A stretch of DNA of 64,000 nucleotides from Vicinamibacteria bacterium. GTDB taxonomy: Bacteria; Acidobacteriota; Vicinamibacteria; Marinacidobacterales; Marinacidobacteraceae. Positions within the stretch are counted from its first letter, which is position 1; each line of letters begins with the position of its first letter. Of this stretch, positions 25,317 through 34,808 are shown in pieces. The notes beneath the pieces are model-generated. The model was not told the origin of the DNA, ran no database searches, and saw only the letters and a list, made by a program, of their open reading frames with translations. The stretch spans positions 3,552,001 through 3,616,000 of the forward strand of contig OY821641.1 of NCBI GenBank assembly GCA_963555995.3. The letters are read 5' to 3'. The translations under genes were made by a program, and so were the position numbers.

Positions 25317-27428
25317 TCAGGTCGCCATGCCCTGGAGCATGGTGACGATGTCCTGTTCCACCTGCTGGATGTCGGCTTCGATGTCCTCCAGCGGGCGGGG
25401 CGGGCGGTACTCGTAGAAGGTGCGGTTGAAGTTGATCTCGTAGCCGACGAGGCCGACCTGGCCGTCGTGGGGGTCGCGGCGGGTCTCGTCAATCCAGGCG
25501 TCGGGGACGTGGGGCCGCACCTCGCGCTCGAAGAACGCCTCGATGTCCTCGCGGAGCGGGACGTTCTCCGTGTCGCGGAGGTCCGGGTCGGGCTCGGGGC
25601 GGCCCTCCGGGTCCCGGCAGACCGCCGCCTGCTCGTTGCGCGCGGAGAGCGCGGCGAGGACCGCCTTGCGGAGGGGCGCGGGGAGCTTCAGCTTCGCTTC
25701 CTCCGCCGCCTGCGACAGCGCCGCGTCGAACTCGGCGCGGTCGAGGAAGAGCCGGTCGGGCAGGGTGCGGAGCATCGCCCGGATGGCGTCCTGCCGGGCG
25801 CGGCCCGCCTCCTCGTCCTTCGCCCGGGCCTCGCCCCGCTTGCGGGAGACGGCGAGGTTGGCGAACGGCTTCCGCTCGTCGAGCCGGGCGATCCGCTCGG
25901 GGCTGGCCCGGAAGTCGAGCCGGAGCGGGCGCTCGACGGTGATCTTGCGGTAGCCGAAGTGGGTGGTCGGGTAGATGCGGCTGACGACGGCCTCGCGTTC
26001 CCCGCCGCCCTCGGGGACCGAACGCTGCGCGCCGTCCTCGAAGTCGGCGAGCAGGCGCAGCACGTCTTCCTTGCGCTCGAAGGGGACCTCGCGGCGCTTG
26101 GCGCCGAGGCTCTTGCGGAGCGGCGTCCAGAACGAGGTCGCGTCCACGAGCTGGACCCGGCCCTGGCGTTCGGGCCGCTTCCGGTTGGTGAGCACCCAGA
26201 CGTAGGTCGCGATGCCGGTGTTGTAGAAGAGCTGCTCGGGCAGCGCGATGAGCGCTTCGAGGAGGTCGTTCTCGAGGATCCAGCGGCGGATCTCGCTCTC
26301 GCCGCTGCCGGCGTCGCCGGTGAAGAGCGGCGAGCCGTTCATGATGATGGCGACCCGCGAGCCGCCCTCGGACGGCGCCTTCAGGTGGGCGAGCATGTGC
26401 AGGAGGAAGAGCAACTGGCCGTCGCTGATCCGCGGCAGGCCCGGCGCGAAGCGGCCGGCGGCGCCCCGGTCGTGCTCGGCCCTGACGGCGTCCTGATCGC
26501 GCTTCCAGTCCTTGCCGTAGGGGGGGTTGGCGATCAGGTAGTCGAAGGCCGCGGCGCCGTGCCGGTCGTTCGCGAGCGTGCTGCCGTAGAGGATGCGCTC
26601 CGCGTCGCGGCCGTCCTCCGACTTCATGAAGAGGTCGGACTTGCAGATGGCGAAGGTCTCCGGGTTCACCTCCTGGCCGAACAGGTGCACGTCGGCGTCC
26701 GGGTTCACGGCGTCGCTGCTGCGCTCGCCGTCGCGCGTCTCCCCGGCGGTGATGTGCTCCTTGGCGATGGTGAGCATCCCGCCCGAGCCGCAGCAGGGGT
26801 CGCAGACGCTCAGCACCACGCCTTTCGTGCGCAGCCGCTCCTCGTCGCCGGCTAGCAGCAGGTCCACCATGAGATGGACGACGTCGCGCGGGGTGAAGTG
26901 CTCGCCGGGGTTCTCGTTCAGCGCCTCGTTGAACTTGCGGATGAGCTCCTCGAAGATGGTGCCCATCGTGGGGTTGTCCACGGCGTCCGGGTGGAGGTCC
27001 ACCTTCGGGTCGCCGAACCGCTGCACGACCTGGAACAGGAGACCCGCTTCGTCCAGCTTGGAGATCGTGTTGTCGAAGTCGAAGCGGTCCAGCACCTCGC
27101 GCATGTTGGGGCTGAACCCGGCGATGTAGCGGCGCAGGTTGTCCGCGAGCTGGGGGGCGTCGGCGAGCAGCTTCGGGAAGTCGTATTTCGAGGTGTTGTA
27201 GAAGGCGAAGCCCGAGGCGTTCCGGAGCAGGTGGTCGAGGTTCCCGATCCGGTTCTGGTAGCGGGCCTGGACCTCCAGAACCCTCGGCTTCGTGGGGGCG
27301 AGCACGCAGTCGAGGCGGCGCAGCACGGTGAGCGGCAGGATCACGTCCTGGTACTTGCCGCGCTTGAAGGTGTCGCGGATCAGGTCCGCCACGCCCCACA
27401 GGAAGCTGACGATCTGGCTGTGGTTCAT
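25317..27428 (-). CDS. hsdM: Type I restriction-modification DNA methyltransferase subunit M
   Basis: FLWGVADLIRD, GEHFTPRDVV, DPCCGSGGML, ANPPY, FYNTGIATY and GYEINFNR. Confidence 0.96.
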   Translation of the reverse strand: MNHSQIVSFLWGVADLIRDTFKRGKYQDVILPLTVLRRLDCVLAPTKPRVLEVQARYQNRIGNLDHLLRNASGFAFYNTSKYDFPKLLADAPQLADNLRRYIAGFSPNMREVLDRFDFDNTISKLDEAGLLFQVVQRFGDPKVDLHPDAVDNPTMGTIFEELIRKFNEALNENPGEHFTPRDVVHLMVDLLLAGDEERLRTKGVVLSVCDPCCGSGGMLTIAKEHITAGETRDGERSSDAVNPDADVHLFGQEVNPETFAICKSDLFMKSEDGRDAERILYGSTLANDRHGAAAFDYLIANPPYGKDWKRDQDAVRAEHDRGAAGRFAPGLPRISDGQLLFLLHMLAHLKAPSEGGSRVAIIMNGSPLFTGDAGSGESEIRRWILENDLLEALIALPEQLFYNTGIATYVWVLTNRKRPERQGRVQLVDATSFWTPLRKSLGAKRREVPFERKEDVLRLLADFEDGAQRSVPEGGGEREAVVSRIYPTTHFGYRKITVERPLRLDFRASPERIARLDERKPFANLAVSRKRGEARAKDEEAGRARQDAIRAMLRTLPDRLFLDRAEFDAALSQAAEEAKLKLPAPLRKAVLAALSARNEQAAVCRDPEGRPEPDPDLRDTENVPLREDIEAFFEREVRPHVPDAWIDETRRDPHDGQVGLVGYEINFNRTFYEYRPPRPLEDIEADIQQVEQDIVTMLQGMAT

Positions 27429-28582
27429 GGGGCGATTCCCTCTTCGAGCGCCTCGAGATACCCGTCGTAGGCGAACAGGCGGTTCCGGCGCTTCCCAGTG
27501 AGTTCCCGGGCGATTCCGTATTCCACCAGCGTGTCCATGGCGGAGGCCGCCGTTCCGTAGGCCAGGTGGGTCCGTGCGCAGGCGGCCCGCAGCGAGAGGA
27601 TGGGACGCTCCTTCAGGGCGTCGTGAACGCGGATCGCCGAACTCGCGCGCCGGCCCGCCTTCCGCGCCAGCCGGTCCCGGTCGTCCTGGAACATCCGCGA
27701 AAGTCGCCCGGCCGTGGTGATGGCGTGTTCCGAGACCTGTTGCACTCCTTCCAGGAAGAACCCGATCCACGCTTCCCAGTCGCCGGTCCGCCGGACGTCG
27801 TTGAGCAGCTCGTAGTAGGTCGCCCGGTGCTGCTTGAGATACAGGCTCAGGTAGAGAAGGGGTTGCCGGAGCACCCCGGCCTGACACAGCAGCAGCGTGA
27901 CGAGCAGCCGGCCGATCCTGCCGTTTCCGTCGAGAAACGGGTGGATCGTCTCGAACTGCACATGGGCGAGCCCCGCCCGCACCAGCGCCGGGAGATTGTC
28001 GGTTTCGTCGTGGAGGAACCGCTCCCATGCGCTCATGCAGTCCGGCACGGCGTCCGCCGGAGGGGGGACGAAGTGGGCGTTGCCGGGCCGGGCGCCGCCG
28101 ATCCAGACCTGCGAGCGGCGGAACTCGCCGGGGTCCTTGTCGCTGCCCCGGCCGTGGGCCAGCAGGACGCCGTGGATTTCCCGGATCAGGCGGTTCGAGA
28201 GGGGGAAGTCCTGGAGGCGTCCAAGGCCGTGGTCGAAGGCCGCCACGTGGTTCGAGACTTCGCGGACATCGTCGAGCGGCGCTCCCGGAGCTTCCTCCAG
28301 TTCGAACAGCAGGAGGTTGGACAGCGTGGACTGGGTCCCCTCGATCTGTGACGACAGCACGGCCTCCTTGCGCACGTAGGAGTAGAGGAACAGGGCCGGG
28401 TTCGGGAAGAGTCCCGAGATGCCGTCGAGGCGTCCGAGGGCGAGACCCGCGCCTTCGAGCGCCCGCGGCAGTGGTCCGTCGAGCCGGAGGGGCGGATCCG
28501 GCGGCAGGGGCGCCGGCACGAAGGCGCGAACCGCTTCACCGGTGGTGGCGATGGTCCGGTACGAGCCGGTTGTCCGCTGCAT
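27425..28582 (-). CDS. Fic family protein with C-terminal wHTH
   Basis: EAVLSSQIEGT inhibitory motif and HPFLDGNGRIGR. ATGA overlap with hsdM. Confidence 0.93.
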   Translation of the reverse strand: MQRTTGSYRTIATTGEAVRAFVPAPLPPDPPLRLDGPLPRALEGAGLALGRLDGISGLFPNPALFLYSYVRKEAVLSSQIEGTQSTLSNLLLFELEEAPGAPLDDVREVSNHVAAFDHGLGRLQDFPLSNRLIREIHGVLLAHGRGSDKDPGEFRRSQVWIGGARPGNAHFVPPPADAVPDCMSAWERFLHDETDNLPALVRAGLAHVQFETIHPFLDGNGRIGRLLVTLLLCQAGVLRQPLLYLSLYLKQHRATYYELLNDVRRTGDWEAWIGFFLEGVQQVSEHAITTAGRLSRMFQDDRDRLARKAGRRASSAIRVHDALKERPILSLRAACARTHLAYGTAASAMDTLVEYGIARELTGKRRNRLFAYDGYLEALEEGIAP

Positions 28583-28608
28583 CGTGGGTTCTTTTCCTGC
28601 GTCGAGTT

Positions 28609-28783
28609 CTGGAATAACGGATCTCGTTATTTCAATCAGACCGGGAAAAAGGGAATAACTATTCCGAGTCGAAAGTCACAGGGATTGAAATAAGAGAATT
28701 CCTTATTTCAACCAAGGATTGTATCTTGGAATAGGAAAAAGATTCAGAGCAGTCGTTGAAATAAGGGAAAGCCTTATTTCAAC
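28609..28783. promoter_or_regulatory. Three AT-rich TTGAAATAAG-N7-CTTATTTCAA palindromes upstream of fic-hsdM
   Basis: Imperfect copy at 28609-28635 and perfect copies at 28685-28711 and 28755-28783. Confidence 0.75.
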
Positions 28784-28866
28784 AAACGCTTCGATTCTGG
28801 AACAAGGGTGTTCGGAATCCCTTCGAACCGAACCGGGACCGAAACTCCCGGTGTTACGTCGCCCTA

Positions 28867-28919
28867 TGACGTTGCGCCAATGTGTGTGGCGTTGCGCCAT
28901 ACGGCGTGGCGTTACGCCA
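28867..28919. repeat. Three TGRCGTTRCGCCA repeats at exact 20-bp period
   Basis: Starts at 28867, 28887 and 28907. A degenerate fourth copy lies near 28849. Confidence 0.75.
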
Positions 28920-28962
28920 CGGGGCGAATCAGCGATGGGAGTTTCGTCCCCTCCGGGGGACG

Positions 28963-28987
28963 ATGCCGGTCTGAAGACCGGCGCTCC
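28963..28987 (-). repeat. REP-like palindrome
   Basis: Reverse copy of GGAGCGCCGGTCTTCAGACCGGCA. Confidence 0.8.
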
Positions 28988-29087
28988 GGGCTGACGCTCA
29001 CTCTTGCGCGGTTTTCCGGGCGGTCCCTATACTCGTTCCCTCTCACCATTGAAGGACGGAGATCCTCGTGCACCCGGGAGGTGGCTG

Positions 29088-31976
29088 ATGCGCAGACGAT
29101 TTACCAGGCTCGCGGTCTTCGGGATCGCGGCGGCGCTGGCGGTTCCAGCCGGCGCGCAGGAACTCAGGGGCCGGCTGGTCGGGACGGCGAGCGACGCGAC
29201 CGGAGCGGTGCTTCCGGGCGTGACGGTCACCGCCTCCAGTCCGGCGATGATCCAGGACCAGGTGGCGGTCACCGGCGGCCAGGGGACCTACGTGTTCCCG
29301 GCGCTGCCCACCGGGGTGTACACGGTCACCTTCTCCCTCGGCGGCTTCAGCACGGTGGTCCGGGAGAACATCCAGATGACCCTGAACACCACCCTGACCG
29401 TGAACGCCACGCTCGAGGTGGGGACGCTCGAGGAGACGATCACGATCACCGGCGAGGCGCCGGTGGTGGACGTGAAGACCACCGCCACCGGCGTGAACTT
29501 CACCGAGGAACTCCTCGAGGACATCCCGAACGCCCGGGACATCTGGGCGGCGATGGCGCAGGCCCCCGGCTTCCAGATGGAGGGCTACGACGTGGGCGGC
29601 TCGCACACCGGCACCCAGACCGGGTTCCAGGCGTTCGGGTTCGGCGACCAGCACCGCACCCTGCTCGAAGGCATCAACGTCACCGAGACCACCTCGGGGA
29701 ACGCCGGCTACTTCGACTACGGCAGCTTCGAGGACTTCCAGCTCGGCGGCTCCGGGAACATGGGCGAGACCCACGGGCTCGGCGCCTTCTTCAACCTCAC
29801 CGTGAAGTCCGGCGGGGACCGTTTCAACGGCGACATCTACGTGGACTTCGAGAACGACTCCACCGTCGGCGACAACGTCCCGGACGCGCTCCGGACCGGC
29901 GGCGGCACGCAGGGCCCCTACAAGGCGGGGTCCAAGGGACTCGAGGCCGGCAACCCGATCACGCTGCAGAGCGACATCAACATCGGGATCGGCGGACCGC
30001 TCTATCCGGGCAAGGCGTGGTTCTACGCCGGCTACCGGCTGAACCACCAGGAGAAGCTGACCATCGGGAACCCCGATCCGGCGACCACGCAGCTCGGCAA
30101 CTGGACCGCCAAGGCGACCTACCAGCTCACCGACTCCAGCCAGTTGATCGGTTTCTTCAACCGGCGCACCAAGCTGCAGGCGGAGCGGAACCTGGGTCCC
30201 TCGGTGCCGCTCGACGCGGCCTGGTACCAGAGTTCGGTGAACAAGCCGATGAAGTTCGAGTACACGAACGTGGTCACCGAAAAGGTCTTCCTGAACCTGC
30301 AGCTCAGCCACTGGATCAACCAGTTCCCGCTCTTCCCGACCGCCACGAAGTCGGAGAGCGTCGAGGGGCTGCCCGCCGGCCGGCTCGAGGTGAATACCGG
30401 GGACCTCACGAACGCGAACAGCTACTACCACCTCCGCAACGTCACGAAGCCGCAGATCTCCGGCAACCTGACCTACTTCGCCGACGACTTCGCCGGGCAG
30501 CACACCTTCAAGATCGGAACCGAGATCTACCGGGAGCGCCGCAAGTTCCTGCGGATGCAGCCGGAGGACATCTTCTACCGCGACGTTGACGGCGTCCCGA
30601 GCGAGGTGGACATCTACAACACCCCGAACACCGGCATCAACGACATCTTCCTCACCTCGGTGTACGCGCAGGATTCCTGGACGCTCAACAACCGGCTGAC
30701 CCTGAACCTCGGCTTCCGGTTCGACCGCTACAAGATGGGATGGCCGGACAACTCCCTTTCGCCCACCCATTCGGACATCTTCCCGCCGCTCGAGGTGTCG
30801 CAGCGGGATGTCCTGACCCTCTCCAACATCGGCCCGCGCCTCGGCGCCGCGTTCGATCTGACCGGACAGGGCGAGACGGTGCTGAAGCTCTTCTTCGGGC
30901 GCTTCTACTGGAACCCGAGCACCACCATCGTGGACGACGAGAACCCGGTGGGGCAGGCGGCGTTCCGCTACGCGTTCAACGACCTGAACGGGAACCGGGT
31001 GCTCGATCCCGGCCCGAGCGGTGGGCTGGCCGATTCACCGGAACTGGGCGACAAGCTGAGAACGCTGGGCGGCGCCGGGTTCGTGACCGTGGACCCGGGC
31101 CTGACGAACGCCTACGGCCACGAGATGTCGGCGCATTTCGAGCAGCAGATCGCGGACAACTTCTCCTTCCGGGGCTCCTACGTCCACAAGAACTCGCGGA
31201 ACGGCTACGGGATCGTGGACCTGAACCGCGCCTTCGCCTACGGCATCCCGTACACCTGGGAGGATCGCGGGCCGGACAACGTCGCGGGCACCGGCGACGA
31301 CCAGACGATCCAACTCACCGACCGGCAGCCCGGGATTCCGGAGGACCGCCGGTACGTGAACCCGGGCGCCTACGGGCTTCCTGACCCGGACGGCAACTAC
31401 CACACGGTGGAAGTGGCGCTGAACCGCCGGTTCGCGGACCGCTGGATGTTCCTGACCTCGTTCCTCCACACCTGGGCGAACGCCTACATGAGGACCACGT
31501 CCTCCGGGAGCGTGCGGGCGGCCGCCCGCTTCGACTTCGTCGAGGGCACGACCTACGAGTGGCGGGCGAACCAGTCGCTCCGGCTGGGGCCGATTGACAC
31601 CACCTACTGGAACTACAAGCTGGTGGCGCGCTACATCTTCCCCTACGACATCGGGGTGAGCGCCTCCTACAAGCTCCAGAGCGGGTATCAGACCGGCCGC
31701 CGGGTCAGCGTGCGGCTGCCGAACGCCGGGACCGAGCGGGTGATGCCGGACGGCTACAACGACCGCGCGCCGAACGTCGGCATCTTCGACATGCGCGCCG
31801 AGAAGTCGTTCAACATCATGGGAGGGGCGACCATGGCCCTGCTGTTCGACGGCTTCAACCTGACCAATAGCGCCACCGTCCTGAACTACCGGACCATCGG
31901 GGGCTCCCGCTACAACGAGATCATCGCGATCCTCGACCCGCGGGTCTTCCGCCTCGGCGTCCGGATCGAGTTCTGA
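29088..31976 (+). CDS. TonB-dependent receptor with N-terminal carboxypeptidase-regulatory-like domain
   Basis: Signal peptide, GAVLPGVTVT...LPTGVYTVTF, ETITITGEAPVVD, LTLNLGFRFD and C-terminal RLGVRIEF. GGAGG RBS. Confidence 0.92.
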   Translation: MRRRFTRLAVFGIAAALAVPAGAQELRGRLVGTASDATGAVLPGVTVTASSPAMIQDQVAVTGGQGTYVFPALPTGVYTVTFSLGGFSTVVRENIQMTLNTTLTVNATLEVGTLEETITITGEAPVVDVKTTATGVNFTEELLEDIPNARDIWAAMAQAPGFQMEGYDVGGSHTGTQTGFQAFGFGDQHRTLLEGINVTETTSGNAGYFDYGSFEDFQLGGSGNMGETHGLGAFFNLTVKSGGDRFNGDIYVDFENDSTVGDNVPDALRTGGGTQGPYKAGSKGLEAGNPITLQSDINIGIGGPLYPGKAWFYAGYRLNHQEKLTIGNPDPATTQLGNWTAKATYQLTDSSQLIGFFNRRTKLQAERNLGPSVPLDAAWYQSSVNKPMKFEYTNVVTEKVFLNLQLSHWINQFPLFPTATKSESVEGLPAGRLEVNTGDLTNANSYYHLRNVTKPQISGNLTYFADDFAGQHTFKIGTEIYRERRKFLRMQPEDIFYRDVDGVPSEVDIYNTPNTGINDIFLTSVYAQDSWTLNNRLTLNLGFRFDRYKMGWPDNSLSPTHSDIFPPLEVSQRDVLTLSNIGPRLGAAFDLTGQGETVLKLFFGRFYWNPSTTIVDDENPVGQAAFRYAFNDLNGNRVLDPGPSGGLADSPELGDKLRTLGGAGFVTVDPGLTNAYGHEMSAHFEQQIADNFSFRGSYVHKNSRNGYGIVDLNRAFAYGIPYTWEDRGPDNVAGTGDDQTIQLTDRQPGIPEDRRYVNPGAYGLPDPDGNYHTVEVALNRRFADRWMFLTSFLHTWANAYMRTTSSGSVRAAARFDFVEGTTYEWRANQSLRLGPIDTTYWNYKLVARYIFPYDIGVSASYKLQSGYQTGRRVSVRLPNAGTERVMPDGYNDRAPNVGIFDMRAEKSFNIMGGATMALLFDGFNLTNSATVLNYRTIGGSRYNEIIAILDPRVFRLGVRIEF

Positions 31977-31994
31977 TCGGGTCCTGACCCACGC

Positions 31995-32027
31995 GGGGCG
32001 CCGGCCTGCGGGCCGGCGCCCCTTTTT
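31995..32027 (+). terminator. Rho-independent terminator
   Basis: GGGGCGCCGGCC-TGCG-GGCCGGCGCCCC followed by TTTTT, just after the receptor gene. Confidence 0.85.
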
Positions 32028-32035
32028 GGTTGGGC

Positions 32036-32062
32036 TTGGACCGCCGGTCTCCAGACCGGCAC
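32036..32062 (+). repeat. REP-like palindrome
   Basis: TTGGACCGCCGGTCTCCAGACCGGCAC. Confidence 0.8.
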
Positions 32063-32185
32063 GCGCGGTGCTCCGCACGGCGCACGTCACCACGTCACGC
32101 GAGCAGGGTGGCCCCACCTCGGCGTGAAGCTCAAGCGCGGGGGCGGGCACGTACACTCGAACCCGTTCCCATCGAGGAGAGACCC

Positions 32186-33460
32186 ATGAAGCAGCACGAA
32201 GACCGCAGCGCATTGAATCGGCGACGCTTCCTTCAGACCGCGACTGCCGGGGCGGCCGCCGGATTGGCCGCGCTTCCCGGGGCCGGCGCGCCCGCGAGTC
32301 CGCTCCGTCAGCCGGGTTCGCCCGGAGTGGGCTTCAACCCGGCTGATCCGCTCGGCGTCCGGTCCAGCTTTCCGGTCACCGAGGAACTCGCCTACCTGAA
32401 CAACGCCGCCGTGGGGCCGCTGCCGATACCCGTCCGCGACGCCCTCCACGCCTACGCGGACAACAAGACGCTCCGCCGCGACGGCGCGTCGGGCGGCAAG
32501 GCGGTGGCGGGCGCGCGCTCCCGCTTCGCCGGCCTGTTCGGCGTCGATGAGGACGAGGTCGCCCTCCTCTACTCCACCAGCGGGGCCGAGAACATCATCG
32601 TGAACGCGATGGAGTGGCGGCCGGGCGACAACGTGGTGGTGGACGAGTTGCACTTCGTCACCACCTTCGTGCTCTACCGGGAGCTCGAGCGCCGGGCGGG
32701 GGTCGAACTGCGGATCATCCCGTCACGGGACGGGGTCGTGACGGTCGACGACTTCGCCGCCCGGACCGACGACCGGACGCGGCTCCTCAGCGTGGCCTGG
32801 GTGTCCAACCGCAACGGCTTCCGCTACGACCTGCCCCCGCTGGCCGACCTCGCGCACGCCCACGGGGCCTACCTCTACGCCGACGCCATCCAGGCGTGGG
32901 GCACGTTCCCCACCAACCTTCACGAGGAGAAGGTCGACTTCGCCTGCGGCAATGGCTACAAGTGGCTGCACGCGGACTTCGGCTGCGCACCCTTCTACGT
33001 GCGCCGCGAGCACCTGGACTGGATGACCGCCGACCGGCACGGACATTTTCAGGTCGCCGAGTCGCTGCCCGGGAATCGCTTCCGCCTCAAGACCAGCGCT
33101 GGAAAACTCGAATACGGGGGCCCGGCCTACGGTCCGGTCGCCGCGATGGACGCCGCGCTCGCGTTCCTCGGCGAGGTGGGGGTCGACCGCATCGCCGCGC
33201 ACACGCAGGCGCTCGCGGGCGAACTGCGCGAGGGAGCGGCGGCGCTCGGGATGCGGATGTTCACTCCTCCGAAGAACCCCTCCGCGATCGTCAGCTTCTA
33301 CCACGGGCTCGATCACGAGCGGCTGAGCCGGGCGCTCGCCGACGAGGGCGTGGCGATCACCTTCCAGGAGGACGGAGCCCTGCTCCGCGCCGGCGTCGGG
33401 ATGTTCAACAGCCGCGACGACGTCGACCGGCTGCTGGGGGTGATCCGCCGGCTGGTCTAG
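32186..33460 (+). CDS. Class V PLP-dependent enzyme (cysteine desulfurase-like fold) with Tat signal
   Basis: NRRRFL Tat motif, YLNNAAVGP, ADAIQAWG and GYKWL (PLP Lys). Confidence 0.87.
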   Translation: MKQHEDRSALNRRRFLQTATAGAAAGLAALPGAGAPASPLRQPGSPGVGFNPADPLGVRSSFPVTEELAYLNNAAVGPLPIPVRDALHAYADNKTLRRDGASGGKAVAGARSRFAGLFGVDEDEVALLYSTSGAENIIVNAMEWRPGDNVVVDELHFVTTFVLYRELERRAGVELRIIPSRDGVVTVDDFAARTDDRTRLLSVAWVSNRNGFRYDLPPLADLAHAHGAYLYADAIQAWGTFPTNLHEEKVDFACGNGYKWLHADFGCAPFYVRREHLDWMTADRHGHFQVAESLPGNRFRLKTSAGKLEYGGPAYGPVAAMDAALAFLGEVGVDRIAAHTQALAGELREGAAALGMRMFTPPKNPSAIVSFYHGLDHERLSRALADEGVAITFQEDGALLRAGVGMFNSRDDVDRLLGVIRRLV

Positions 33461-33472
33461 CCCGGCCGCCGG

Positions 33473-34735
33473 TCAGCCCGCGAACCGCGCCAGCCCGAAG
33501 AAGGCTTCCTTCTCGCGTTCCCCGAGCGCCTGCCCCGCCAGCATCTCCCCGAGCGACGCGCCCAGCTTGTAGCCGTGGCCGGATCCGCCGCCGGCGATCC
33601 AGACGTTGTCCGCCTCCGGATGGGTGTCCACGATCAGTTCCCCGTCGGCGCTCTGCTCGTACTGGCAGACGCGCGCCTCGATCAGCGGCGCTCCCCGGAG
33701 CCCCGGGAAGCGGTGCTCCATGTACTCGCGCGCCTCGCGGATGCCCTTCGCCGAGGGGGTGCGGTCACCGTCGGTGGGGTCGAAATCGGCGCCGCGCCGG
33801 TCATCCGCGATCTTGAAGCCCCGGAAACGGGTCGCCGGGATGCCGTAGAACGGGCCCTCGATCCAGGTCGGGAACTCCTCCTCGGTCAGGTCGGCGCGGC
33901 CCGCCGGGGGGCCGAAATAGAAGACCTCCTGCCGGGTGGGGCGGACGAGCGGCGGATCGAACTCCGGGAAGAGCTTCGCGAGCCACGGCCCGCAGGCGAA
34001 CACGAAGAGGTCGGCCTCGACCGTGCTGCCGTCCGAGAGGCGGATCTCCCGCATCCGGCCGCCGTCCATCCCGCCCGGCGCCGCCTCCGCCCGCCGGAAA
34101 CTGCCGCCCTCCTCCTGGAACTCCCGGAGCACCCGTTCGCATCCGCGCCGGGCCAGCAGGTAGCCGGCGTTTCGTTCGAACACGCCGTAGGAGAGGCCCT
34201 CGGGGTTGATCTGGGGGAAGCGGCGGGCCAGCTCGTCGCCGTCGAGTTCCTCGACCGGGATGCCGAGTTCCCGGAGGATCGGCACCGCGGCCTTGGTGTA
34301 CTCGTTCTCCCCGGCCCGCATCCGCAGCATGCCGATGGGAAAGAGCAGCCGGTCGTTCCAGCGCGCCTCGTACTCGTTCCAGATCTCGTGCGCCCGGGCC
34401 ACCATCGCGCTGTAGATCCGCCGCGACCCGTAGGAGGCCCGGATCAACCGGCTCTCGCCCCCCGAGCTCGCGCGGGCGTTGCCCGCCCCCCACGCATCCA
34501 CGAGCGTCACCTCGGCGCCCGCGCGGCGGAGCCAGAGCGCCGTCCAGCCGCCGAAGGCGCCGGCCCCGATCACGGCGGCGCGGACGCCGCTTCCGGCTTG
34601 TGGCGGGCTCGTGGCGGGTGTGGCCTCTGGTGTCCCGGTTTCGCCGGCTCCGTTCCCGCAGGCGCCGAACACGGCGGCGCCGGCGAGCCCGGCGGTGATC
34701 GCCTCGCGGCGGGAAATGCGGCGTTCGCTCGTCAT
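33473..34735 (-). CDS. FAD-dependent oxidoreductase, sarcosine oxidase/DAO family, Tat lipoprotein (paralog 1)
   Basis: SRRE...FGAC, VIGAGAFG, SSGGESRLIR, RVCQY and GGSGHGYK. Confidence 0.9.
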   Translation of the reverse strand: MTSERRISRREAITAGLAGAAVFGACGNGAGETGTPEATPATSPPQAGSGVRAAVIGAGAFGGWTALWLRRAGAEVTLVDAWGAGNARASSGGESRLIRASYGSRRIYSAMVARAHEIWNEYEARWNDRLLFPIGMLRMRAGENEYTKAAVPILRELGIPVEELDGDELARRFPQINPEGLSYGVFERNAGYLLARRGCERVLREFQEEGGSFRRAEAAPGGMDGGRMREIRLSDGSTVEADLFVFACGPWLAKLFPEFDPPLVRPTRQEVFYFGPPAGRADLTEEEFPTWIEGPFYGIPATRFRGFKIADDRRGADFDPTDGDRTPSAKGIREAREYMEHRFPGLRGAPLIEARVCQYEQSADGELIVDTHPEADNVWIAGGGSGHGYKLGASLGEMLAGQALGEREKEAFFGLARFAG

Positions 34736-34808
34736 GTTCGGATCATACGTTCGGGCCAGTTGGGCGCACCGGGCGAGCGGGTGCAGATGGAGATCGAAAC
34801 GGGATGTC

